Positions 11,300 to 23,299 of a stretch of 64,000 bases of DNA are shown here, piece after piece. The stretch spans positions 50,000 to 113,999 of the forward strand of contig NIVC01002030.1 in assembly GCA_002269645.1 (NCBI GenBank). Direction: 5' to 3'. The notes below the pieces were generated by a model. It did not search any database and had not been told where the DNA came from. It worked only from the letters and a program-made list of their open reading frames with translations. How positions within the stretch are numbered: the first letter of the stretch is position 1; each line of letters begins with the position of its first letter. This DNA is from Macrostomum lignano (taxonomy: Eukaryota). The translations under genes and the position numbers were made by a program.

Positions 11300-14114
11300 A
11301 GTTTCTCATAGAAACTCAGCGGTACCACGAAGCTCTTGGTCAAATTGGAGTCATAGTCGGCCCTCGTGTTATTCCAGAATCTCTCCTGTACGCAGCGGAA
11401 CGCATCGCTCTGGAAGTCGAAGTACATCTTGTTGGCGATAAGCTCCGGTCTCGAGTTGAAGTCCTGCAGGTCGGCAGCGCCCAGAATGCAGATGCCACGA
11501 ACGCTGAGACCGGCCCTGCACCTTCCAGACCAGATTTTGTAGCGGTAGATCTGCCGATACTCCGTCGCAGTTGTCACCCGGTTGCCCGTGTAGGAGCCTG
11601 GGAACTGCAGTATTCCGTAGTTGTGGTTGAGGGTTGCGTAGTACGTCTCGTCTGGAATGGTGCGACCTCTGGCATAGTGCCTCTGGATGTGGTCCAGAAT
11701 CTGGCGAGCTCTGTGGTCCTCCATGATGTATTGGACAGCAGCTCGGCTGATGATGGCGTGAGCTGAGCCCTTGTACCAGCGAAGGCCCCCCAAGCCCGTA
11801 GCGTTGGGCATCGCGGGGTACTGCAGCCTGTAGTTGGAGGGAATCAGCTTCTCCATGTTGTTGCTGCCGTTCATCAGCTTGAGAATGCGCACCATCTCCA
11901 TGAGGGTGCGGATCGGATATTCCTGCCCAGTCAGGTTGATAACGTAGTTCCACTTCTGCGGAAGTTACGTACGATACGAGTACAGTCAGACTCACAGCAC
12001 GCTCATGCAGTGAGTGGATTAAGTACAATAGCTCACTCACCCTGTGTCCGTTAAGCAGAGCACGGAAGCACTTGAGGTCGGCCAGCAGTACGGATGTCTC
12101 ACCCCAGACGACTGTCGACTCGACCGTGAGCACGTTGCCAAGGCAACCGGCCAGGCGCTTGGCGGCGGCCGAGAAATTGGCGCTGGATTTTGCGTCGACG
12201 TGCAGACAGTAGGCATTGTGGGAGCGGTGCACAGCCTGCATCAGCTTGTTCACCTGCGATCATGCAATAATGACGATTATGTATTGTTCATTCATGGCAC
12301 CTTTTCCTCTTTCCGCCTTGGCACGAAGCCACAACTTCATGGCAAGGTTCTAACTAATTAAAAAAATCAGTCATGCAGTTCAACGATCTCTGCAGAATGA
12401 AGCAATGGCAGCTTGCATTTGACTTGGACTGTTGGGTTAAAAAAACAGCGCCTGAGTCTCGCCGACGCATGCTATGGAAGCAAAATTCTGCTCAGCGTAA
12501 GTTTTTATGCAAAGCTGTCAATTATTCGAGTATTAAAGTTGGACAACAAAACTAATTGGTTGAACATTTTATCACAGGCTCTCAAAGTTGAATGCCCGTT
12601 TTTCCTAGAAAGCCTCTTATATGTTCGCTTAGCTGACCAGGATGCAACACAATGCTCATTTAATTGTTGTCAATTACACGAGATCCCAGTTCCAGCTTAA
12701 CAAATCTTTTTAGCGCCAGTTATAGAGCGCCGCAGGCGGGATTTAAGCGCTATTTTACACCCTTGACCTCCTCCAGATGGATTCCTCATTGCATTCGAGC
12801 ATTAAGAGCTAATTGAGAGCGTTAATAAGTGTTTTTGGTTTACTTATTGAGTGTCTGACACCCCCTCTGTGGCCACTTGTGGTCGGCGCGAGGTGTATTT
12901 TGTCGTAGTTGTTGTTGTTTCTGATTAAGTTGATTCGTTTTACCTGATAGAAGCTGTGATGCGCCATCACGGTGAATGCAATGGGGAAGCCGAGCTCCAG
13001 AGGGCTGACCGGCCCGGTCCAGTAGCCCGCAGTGAGCCGGTCGCACGGCAGCCTCGCCAGCTGGCCGTCATCCAGAAAGTCTTCCGGCCGTCCATAGCGA
13101 GCCTCCGCTCGACGGATGTCGTTGGCGTTGCCAGACAGGAGGCCGCGGCAGCTGGGCGGTGGGATCGCCGAGCGGTTGATTGGCGGCGGCGTTACGGATG
13201 TCGGCAGCGCTGTAACTAGGGGTGTTCGGGATGGCATTTTTTTCGGGGTTCGGGGTTAACCCCGATCCCGGACATCTTTCGGGAATCCCGAATCCCGTCC
13301 CGAACATTTATCGGGAACCCCGAATCCCGTCCCGAACCCTAATCCCGACCCCGAACCCCAATAACCCGGAAGTAAGCAATATCATTTAATAAAAAGTGGT
13401 ATTGACGGCTACTTACGACTATTAGCCTGTTTCAGTTCAACTTAAACTTAAATATGACCCTCTATTGAAGAATAGGTCTATAAATCCAAACATTTCTATG
13501 ATTCTTAAAATTCTTAAGATTCTAAATCTTTTTCTAAGAAACAATACCTTAAAAAACATATAAACTTAATTATAGAAAAATAATATTTGTAATAGTACTA
13601 ATACTATACCATAAGTTTAAAAAATATTTTTAAGCTAGCCAACAGTAATAGTTAACGAGTTTAAATAAGCTTGAAAACTCTTTTTGACTTGATAATCATC
13701 GCAGTTTATGGACGGCACGGCAAGTGTAAATGTTATTAAGGAAACTTACGACCACAGAAAAGCATTAAATCTTTGAAGCTTTGAATTTAAGCGTCATAAG
13801 CCTTAAGCAATCACGTTAAAAACGAAAAAAGCTAATTCTAATTCATAAGGATTTTTTCGTAGTTCTATGGGAATTCAGAAAATTTGCGAAACCCCGAAAA
13901 CCCCGAAATCCCGGTCCAAAATCCCGTCCCGAACATTCATCGGGACCCCGAACCCCGACCCCTAATCCCGACCCCGACCTAACCCCGAACACCCGAACCC
14001 CGACAGTGCAACCGGATTCTCACGATGCGGCCGGAGCAGCAGAGCTGTGCAACAGACGGCGGCCAGAGCTGCTAGTAGCAGTCGATTCTTTCGTCGAAGG
14101 CACCGGGCTGTCAT
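11275..14114 (-). CDS. Core-2/I-branching beta-1,6-N-acetylglucosaminyltransferase family (GT14/GCNT), 4 exons
   Basis: Exons complement(13979-14114, 12944-13215, 12041-12253, 11275-11955) with GT-AG sites and matching phases. N-terminus MTARCLRRKNRLLLAALAAVCCTALLL is a type II anchor. Family motifs: FPIAFTVMAH, NAYCLHVDAKS, VVWGETSVLLADLKC, KWNYVINLTGQEYPIRT, WYKGS, IPDETYYATL. The exon 1/2 junction is less certain than the rest. Confidence 0.9.
13217..13994. mobile_element. MITE-like element with GGGTGTTCGGG terminal inverted repeats and CCCGA subterminal arrays, occupying GCNT intron 1
   Basis: Left end TAGGGGTGTTCGGG (13217-13230) and right CCCGAACACCC (13984-13994). Both ends carry clustered CCCGAAC/CCCGAT motifs and the interior is AT-rich. 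No clean TSD is visible. Confidence 0.7.
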
Positions 14115-15560
14115 TGATGGCGATTGGACAGTTGGACGCAGGACTGGGTGGGATCAATGTGAGAATTGGAATTTTCGTTTGAACTTTGTTAAAAACTTTA
14201 ATTTAAATGTGTAAAAGCGTGCTTCAACGGCTCGTGATGGCGCATGGCTAGAGTCATTTAGTATAGTATAGAAATATAAATCGTGATTTCAATTCCGCTC
14301 AATAGTCGAATGAAATTAGTAAATCAATAAGACTCAACCGGAAAAGCGGGCATAGGCATAAAGAAAGCCGAGGGTGCTACGACGCGTAAAAATACAACAA
14401 GCCCAGTGCTGTTAATTCGGTCAGTATACAGATGAAGTGAAGCGAAAGCGCCGTTAGCAAAAGATTGGGAGAAATCAGCCGACGCGCGCGTGATGCGTGA
14501 ACAAGTATCCAGCCTTGGCAACAACTCCCCAGATGCACAAGATCTGCATGCCTAAAAATAGCCCCGATGATCGGCGAGCGAGAGGCCCAGCCATGCGACC
14601 CTCGCATGATGCATGAATCTCCTCTGGCCGACGGCTCCTATTGGGCCTTCCATTTCACTTTCTTCCCCTATTCCTCCTTGCTTGCGTACACTGTGTTGGC
14701 TTATAAAATATACTTATTGAAGAGGAAAGATCCTCGCCAGAAGTTTGAGAATGTGACTCTAGAGATCACACTGAGAAAGTACCATCGAGTCCATTGTTTG
14801 TTGTCTTCCTGAACTGTTGGGAGAAGGAAACGATTATATGGGAAAACTCATAATTTGTCGTTTTACAGACTTGAAACAAAATCTGATCTTTTTCCTCGCG
14901 GGATTTTGTGAGAAATACAGTACGAGCTCGTAGGCCCAGAATCTCATGTTTATTGGATGAGAACAGTAACTGTTGCTACACGAGGACAAACCACTCTGAT
15001 AATTTTAGACGGCTCGAGATTTCATAGATTTCGCAAAAAATGAAAATAGCGTTTCAGTCGTGACAAGTTTTTCATTCGTAAACAGTTGCACGTGACAGAA
15101 AGCGTGGCTGCGAGGCAGTACCTAGATACTTTTTAAACCATGAATGAGACTTTTTCCCTGTAAGATGTCACTGCAGTCTCAAGCTTCTAAAGCTTCAAGA
15201 CAGAGCCGACCCAGAGAGAAATTTTATCATTTCGTTGCTATATGTGCAAACACGGAGGCATTTCCTAGAAACTTTGCTAGCCTATGGGTGTAGTGTCTGT
15301 CTATCTGATACTCGAACTCCTCAGTCCCACCTGGCACATGTCTTTGTCTAGCCGTTAGTCATCACTGTACGGCCAATGCACGCCCAAGTCCTATGCACAA
15401 GTCTGTCTGTCTGCACCCCGCACCCCCAACAAGCATAGGCCTGCCGGTTGCATTCCCCTAAGCTGGGAAGCAGAGAAATAAATAAAGAACCCCGGGGCTT
15501 GGCGCCTCAGCAAGAAGCTACGAACCAAGATCGAGCTGGCCTGCGAGGCTCACACACACT

Positions 15561-16345
15561 TAGGGATTCCAAAATCCCGACATTTTACAATCCCGGGATT
15601 GAATAGTCCCGAAATCCTGATGCTGTTGAAATCCCGGGATTCAAAATCCCGGAATCCCGGTGCTTTTGCAATCCCAGGATTAAAAATCCCGGGATTCGAT
15701 TCCCAAAAAAATCCCGGGATTGGAATCCCTAAGACGGGACTGTGCGGCGTGCCGCGTGCAGTAGTCATGGTCTCGCGACTCTCAGAGTCTCAGGGCCTTT
15801 TCATATTACCAATTCCAGAACCAGAATCGGTTCGGAATTCCAAGAAAAACATCAGTATAACTATTAAACTCTGTTAATATTTGACTGCCTTAACAGCCTC
15901 ACTTTGCACGATTTTTCACTTTCTTTTTGGCGATTGTCATTCAATAATAAAAACTTTATAGCACGTATCTCCCTCTAGATATGGAGACAAAAAGTTATAC
16001 TTCACAAATTGGTTCTGGTTCTGGAACCAGAACAAGCAATATGAAAAGGCCCTCAGTCTCGTCTCGTGGTGGAAAACGAAAAAAAGTTAAAATTATCTAT
16101 AATTTACAGTTCACATTAACAATTTTTAGCTCAATTAGGACAGGAGCTTTGCAAATGTTTAACGTTTCATTGAGAAACAGCAAAAACAAATAAATGTTTT
16201 ATTATTCAAATAAACGTTTAGACTTTAAATTATCTAATTTAGGCATTGAAAGGTTGTTCTAATCCCGGACCAATCCCGGGATTAAGGTCTTGAAATCTCG
16301 GGATCCCGATCACGGACTTTTGCAATCCCGGGATTGGAATCCCTA
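15561..16345. mobile_element. hAT-type MITE, copy 1
   Basis: Ends TAGGGATTCCA...TGGAATCCCTA with a perfect 8-bp TSD CACACACT (15553-15560 and 16346-16353) and ATCCCGGGAT subterminal repeats. An 8-bp TSD is the established hAT hallmark. Confidence 0.93.
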
Positions 16346-16440
16346 CACACACTCGTGCATACGCTTGTAATCTTATTCTCATTCATTTGAAGCTAGACTC
16401 CACAATGGGCCTTCATGACTGACGAGAAAACAACAGCCTC

Positions 16441-17595
16441 TATGACTGGGGAGGGACAGTTTATGACTGGGGAGAGGACAGTCTATGACTGGGTAGAGGA
16501 CAGTCTATGACTGGGGAGAGGACAGTCTATGACTGGAGAGAGGACAGTCTATGACTGGGTAGAGGACAGTCTATGACTGGGGAGGGACAGTTTATGACTG
16601 GGTAGAGGACAGTCTATGACTGGGTAGAGGACAGTCTATGACTGGGTAGAGGACAGTCTATGACTGGGTAGAGGACAGTCTATGACTGGGTAGAGGACAG
16701 TCTATGACTGGGTAGAGGACAGTCTATAACTGGGGAGAGGACAGTCTATGACTGGTAGGGATTCCAAAATCCCGACATTTTACAATCCCGGGATTGAATA
16801 GTCCCGAAATCCCGATGCTGTTGAAATCCCGGGATTGGAATCCCTAAGCTAGACGGACTGTGCGGCGTGCCGCGTGCAGTAGTCATGGTCTCGCGACTCT
16901 CAGAGTCTCAGGGCCTTTTCATATTACCTATTCCAGAACCAGAATCGGTTCGGAATTCCAAGAAAAACAGCAGTATAACTATTAAACTCTGTTAATATTT
17001 GACTGCCTTAACAGCCTCACTTTGCACGATTTTTCACTTTCTTTTTGGCGATTGTCATTCAATAATAAAAACTTTATAGCACGTATCTCCCTCTAGATAT
17101 GGAGACAAAAAGTTATACTTCACAAATTGGTTCTGGTTCTGGAACCAGAACAAGCAATATGAAAAGGCCCTCAGTCTCGTCTCGTGGTGGAAAACGAAAA
17201 AAAGTTAAAATTATCTATCATTTACAGTTCACATTAACAATTTTTAGCTCAATTAGGACAGGAGCTTTGCAAATGTGTAACGTTTCATTGAGAAACAGCA
17301 AAAACAAATAAATGTTTTATTATTCAAATAAACGTTTAGACTTTAAATTATCTAATTTAGGCATTGAAAGGTTGTTCTAATCCCGGACCAATCCCGGGAT
17401 TGAGGCCTTGAAATCCCGGGATCCCGATCCCGGACTTTTGCAATCCCGGGATTAAAAAATCCCGGGATTCGATTCCCAAAAAAATCCCGGGATTCAAATC
17501 CCGGATTTTTGGCCCCAATCCCGGGATCCCGGGATCCCAGGATTGGAATCCCTAATGACTGGGTAGAGGACAGTCTATGACTGGGTAGAGGACAT
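16441..17595. repeat. 22-bp minisatellite (TATGACTGGGTAGAGGACAGTC), split by MITE copy 2
   Basis: About 14 units at 16441-16755, resuming at 17555-17595. Confidence 0.93.
16756..17554. mobile_element. hAT-type MITE, copy 2 (same family as 15561-16345)
   Basis: Same TIRs, perfect 8-bp TSD ATGACTGG (16748-16755 and 17555-17562), and a near-identical interior (duplicated METKSYTSQ pseudo-ORF). Confidence 0.93.
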
Positions 17596-18049
17596 ACAGC
17601 TAATAGCCTTCAGGGAGCTTTGGTCAGGCTCAATTTTTTCTATGCAAGCCAGTGTAAGCAGGTGCAGATTAAGCTTACCCTTAATTAGCAGTTTGAGCTG
17701 ATTTCTTCTTGATTATTGGTTATGGTTCTGTTGACGCAAATTAGAAGCAATGCGACTGTATGCGATATCCGTATAAACAGTACGCAATTCATTTAACACT
17801 AAAATCCATTAAACGTTAAACTGCGAGAATAGTTTTTAAAGTAAAAACGTTCTTCCAATAGCATAGTGTGCTAGGGAGGCAGTCATCGAAAAGCAAAACC
17901 TGGTCAGTGCACGAGCTATGTACGCTAGTACATGTACAAGGGGGGAGGCGGGGCAGGAGGTTTGAAATAGCAGATCTGTAAGAACTAGAACTGGGAAGGC
18001 GGCAGTGTACACCGCGACTTATCAATCTCATCTATTTCAGCTACTGCAG

Positions 18050-19912
18050 CAGTGGCGTATCCAAGGGGGGGGGATGGGGGGGATACATCCCCCCCGAAGG
18101 GCTGAAGAAAAAAAATTTAGGTAATGAATTTTTTACACTTTTGCTTATTTTATCAGTGACTGGAGTGACGGGAGCCTGCCTGCCAAATGCCACTGCCAGT
18201 AAATGTACGAGCAGATTACAGAATAGTGAGAATACAGATGGCATAATGAGATTTGAAAAGACCCTTGCCCTTCATTTAGAGTTAAGTTCCTCAACTCTAA
18301 GTTCCTTGCCGGGGGGAGGGGGCCGGGGGGAAATATAATTTTACAGATAAAATACATGTATGTGCTATGTGTATCAATAACAATATCAAATATAAAGTAC
18401 TGGTTTCCTCACCTATCAATATCTAGCTTATATAATACCAGTATGTATGGTGTATATTTTACATGAGAGTGTTGATTACATAGTAGCAGTACATAACATG
18501 TACATATTTGAGGTACTTACAATGGTATATTTAAGGTACAGCAAACAAGCAAATACTAAATTATATATGCTTTGTCTATGCATCTTTATTTCAGGGAAAG
18601 GCAATGGATCTTATTGCTGCCAGTGAGGAGGCCGATCGCATTCTCCGTCTCTTGAAGGCTTGGCGTAGTGACTGTGAAGATGCCAAATTCAAGGAAGTCT
18701 TTGCCGCAGCTGAGGAACTTCACAAGAAGCACCACGGAGATCAGCCAATTCCAGATAAGTATCGGGCATCAGCATCCCATCGCAGCCAACATCGTAGCAA
18801 TGCCCAAGGCGCTAGTGTTTCTGATACATTCAAGCTGAACATCTGGTATCCAGCCCTTGATCTAATAATTATTGAACTCAGCGAGCGCTTTTCTAAGTCG
18901 GCCAAGGTTGCCATGCAAATGGCAAAGCTGCTACCGGCTTTTTGTGCAGGCCCTGACTCAGCTGAGTCTACTCTAGCAGCAGCCAAAGCATTCGAGGAGT
19001 ATGCGGCATTTTTAGATATGCCTGCAGTTTGCCTGGCAGAATTCGAACGCTGGCAAGCATTCTGCTGCGATTTGCCAGAAACTGAGCGAAATGATATGAC
19101 CATCTCACAAGCAATCAAGCGGTGCAATCCTAGCTTGTGGCCAAATGTCTGCAAACTGCTGACAATCTTCCTTACGACTCCAGTCACAACATGCACTGCT
19201 GAAAGGTCATTCAGCACCTTGCGCCTTCTGAAGACGTATACCCGATCAACCATGGGCGAACGCCGGCTTAATGGACTTGCCCTACTGGCTGTTCACAAAG
19301 ATATCCTGCTTGACTACAATCGAGTAGTCGAGGAGTACTCACGGAGGTTTGACCCGCGGCTCCGTCTACTTTAAGCCATGGACTCAATGACTCATAATCA
19401 TGCAAAAGTAATGTAATATTGTAATTTGAATTTAAATTTTACTAAAAATTTTCTAACTTGCCATCTTGTATCAATCATATTTCTATTTTTTAATTTCTAT
19501 GGCCTATTGTACTACTTGTTATTTCTGATTTACATGTACATGTAAACGTAAAATTGTAGTGGTGAATGTCTGGTGAATTATTCATACTCATAGTTTAATA
19601 CTTAATAGTTTATCCAAATTATTATCCTACTTATCCAAGTTTGAATTTGCTTATCTGATTAGCTAATTAACTGGAATAGAATGCATAGCTGGTCGACTTT
19701 TTACACGCTCAATAAAATAAACAATGATTGATGTTGATGTCTCATCCTTAGTAGCAACATTTAATTGAGTTAAACTTGGAGAGGTCCGGTCCTCATAAAT
19801 TTTGTTTTATACGAGTACAATAAGGATAAAAGAAAAACGAAAATAGAGTGCAATCGTTTTCAAAAGTACTTTTGCATCCCCCCCCCGAAACAAAATCCTG
19901 GTTACGCGCCTG
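18050..19912 (+). mobile_element. Internally deleted hAT DNA transposon retaining the transposase C-terminus
   Basis: Perfect 8-bp TSD TACTGCAG (18042-18049 and 19913-19920) and imperfect TIRs CAGTGGCGTATCC / GGTTACGCGCCTG. ORF 18604-19374 carries the hAT dimerization motif (LLTIFLTTPVTTCTAERSFSTLRLLKTYTRSTMGERRLNGLALLAVH). Confidence 0.92.
18604..19374 (+). pseudogene. hAT transposase C-terminal fragment (hATC dimerization domain); catalytic N-terminal two-thirds absent
   Basis: Motif as above. It is preceded by an acceptor-like TTTATTTCAG, suggesting it was the last exon of a spliced transposase gene. Confidence 0.85.
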
Positions 19913-21004
19913 TACTGCAGCCTATCAGCTAACATTAACACAGCAGCAGCTGCATATGCAGCGTTGCAATTTGTGCTGTTGTCATGCACAATATTGTGCC
20001 CTTATGCAAATTTTAGTCTGGACGAATCTATTTAATGGCATCCAGCGTAATCTTCTATCACAATATACTAAATCTCTAAGGTTTGACCGGTATTCCAGTC
20101 CACAGCCTGAATCTTCTAAATATACTAAATCTCTAAGGTTTGTATGTTTGAATGAATGAATGAATGAATGTCCATAACGCTCTAGAGCTCGCAATTCTTG
20201 ACCATAAAATCCTAAACTGCATGTGCATGTAAAGAGGATCACAAGGCTAAATCTTACTGTTAATAACACTCAGGCTTTCTTTAATAAGGAGCTTCCTCGT
20301 CTGCGCGACAGTTCAACAGTGCAACTCCAAGAGAGTCAACGTACAGCATTCAAGTATCGACGTTGTACACCAGGACGGTCTCGACTACCGCCTGGGAGCA
20401 ATGCCACGGCCTCTGTCAGTCAGGTTGGGCCTCAGACTGAGGGACTTCCCTCACAGAAGGAACGCGAACGAAGGGCAGCTCAAGCAGATCTTTGCGTATT
20501 GAATCAGAATTAATTGAGCCCATTAGCTACTGCCCCCATCTGCAACTGCGCAACCCGGTGTTGTATTCATAAAATAAGACAAACAGACCAGAGCAGTTTA
20601 GGGGGTTGATAAATTTCAGGCCAGCTTTTTAACCTCCCATGCAACCACTCTTTCATCAATCGTCTATCAGACTGGTTGGTAAACCATAATAAAGTTCAAC
20701 CAACCCCCACAATTTGCCAGCCCGGCGCGCGAAGGGTGTCATAAAACTCCTAAACTTTATTGTGAATGTACATTCGATTCTACACTGTACATTGGCCAAG
20801 GAGAGGCCTACATGGTTGAACTGAGCAATTAAATTTAGAAACGGAGCGCCCATTGAAAGCATTAAAAAATCGCTTTTCGAATATTTGACCCAACTTCCAA
20901 TTCGATTTTTTCAACAAGAAAAGTTATGCATGATAGCCGAAAAATTACAATTTTTTAAAGCTTAATTTAAAAGAAATCGGCCAGACGGTTCTCGAGAAAA
21001 TCAA

Positions 21005-21520
<516 letters not shown>

Positions 21521-22072
21521 TCACCATCACCAGACCGCACAAAATTTGTGCTCAAAAAAGAGAAACTCCATGTAAAAGTAAAGTAAAACTAAGTAAAACA
21601 TGCCTCGTAAAAATTTCCAAGAACCGCAGTTTCCCGTCCTACTTGAGTACTCCTTGCTTCGAAGACAAACAAAAATGTCGACAAGTATTGTATAGAATAT
21701 TCTCATTTTGGGCTTGAAGCAATAGTATTACAAGAGACTGTTGCGTTTGAAAACAACGCTACGCTGCAGGCAGAACCGTTAAAAGTACGCCAGTGAATGA
21801 TTTGATTGCTGCAGCGGAGCCTAGAGTGACGCGTGGGGTGACTATCTCATTTGAATCAGGTTTGGGGGTTCTTTCATTTTTTGCGCATTTGCGCAGAATT
21901 TGAATAATTACGTAGCAACACTGCACGAGTGTGGAACAGACAGCGTCCAATGGGGACGCCTGGATGTTTGATCGCAGAGACAGCCATGCAAAGAGCGGCT
22001 TCGAAGCCCAGTAAGAACTGTTGGTGCCTAATGATTTATGATAATAATTTATGGACTCTTTTTTAGGTACAA

Positions 22073-22297
22073 TTAAAAGCTACGAGTATATTGGCATTCT
22101 CGGGGATCGTTATGCATCACTAGGGCCTGTATAAAAATTGTGAAGAGTTGTTTAAAATGGCGACACGCATCCTTGAATGTCCCGTCTATAAACCAGCGCA
22201 ATGTCTGCGCCAAAATGTTTGCAGCTGTGCACCAGTGGCAAAAATAATGTGCTACCCATTTCCATGATCTCTTGCTTAAATGTACACGATCTATCAC
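22073..22297 (-). pseudogene. Decayed MULE (Mutator-like) transposase fragment
   Basis: Translation contains WFIDGTFK...FKQLFTI, matching the MULE domain motif W-x-x-DGTF(K)...QLYTI; the flanks have stops. Confidence 0.6.
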
Positions 22298-22523
22298 AAA
22301 GTGTTAACTAATAATTTTTTAGAATGAAATCGAAACCACCCCAATTTCGGGTCGAACTTCGAAGGTCTCCTTGCTGTACCGGGGCAGCACTCATGCATAT
22401 ACTTCGAAGTAGGAGGTGCTCACCAGAATCTAGGTTTTCGAGCTCCACGACCATTGGGAATCAGAGAGTTGCTGATCCAATATAATGATAATAATTGATT
22501 ACACCTGCCCAATGGCCAACAGC

Positions 22524-22775
22524 CAACCGACCGCACAGCCGCAGCTATTGCGCGGCGCATCTGAAGGCTGCGTACGGCTGTTCAGTCCAAGGACTGGGGG
22601 GTCGCCACACACCCTCAATTACGCCAGCTAATGCTGGCACCCATTTTACAGCTGGATGAACTGAAGCAATGCAGAGTTAACTGTTTTGCTCAATGACACA
22701 AATTGTTCTGAGTGGGTTGAGAATTGAACCCCCGACCTTCAAGTCGTGAGTCTGACGCTCCAACTACTAGGCACC
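22524..22775 (-). mobile_element. tRNA-derived SINE, family A, copy 1
   Basis: tRNA-like head (A box TAGTAGTTGG, B box GGTTCAATT), then a body nearly identical to 46545-46800 in opposite orientation. Confidence 0.85.
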
Positions 22776-23299
22776 AGTAACGGGTGTCCAGTACCAGAGG
22801 CGCCATCCAAAAGGACGCCTACTTAAGGGACGCCATCATTTTTGCCAACCTTTAGAGGATGGGCCCTGGACGCGCCTGGACTAGGGGATTTCTGATGCAT
22901 TTATCGCGTCCGCCGTCCAACAACACCATACTGAAACAGTAAAGACAACACGACTACGCTCATATATATTTTTATTATTCCAAAAATGCCAGGCTAGAAG
23001 GGCCACGCGGAGCCCTCAAGACCAATTTACCTGTCAAATTCAAATGGCTGTTGAATATGTATTTCAAGCGCAGTGTAATAGCACAGTGAATTGCTAAAAC
23101 ATTTTTCCCCTAATTCCTGTGCAAACAACAGAACTGATCGCTTGATAGACCAAATGATAGCCACAGAGAGCTTTGCATGGTCTAAATATATTATACCGTA
23201 GATAGAAATACTATGTACACACTTGGAGAGTTTGCGGGTCAGCTATCAATCCAAGCCAAGTTCACCTGTGCCAATTAATCAAAATGGTCTCAAAGTCTA

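Noticed and set aside
20260-20513. GC-richer patch possibly from a LINE
   Set aside because: No recognisable RT or endonuclease motif in any frame.
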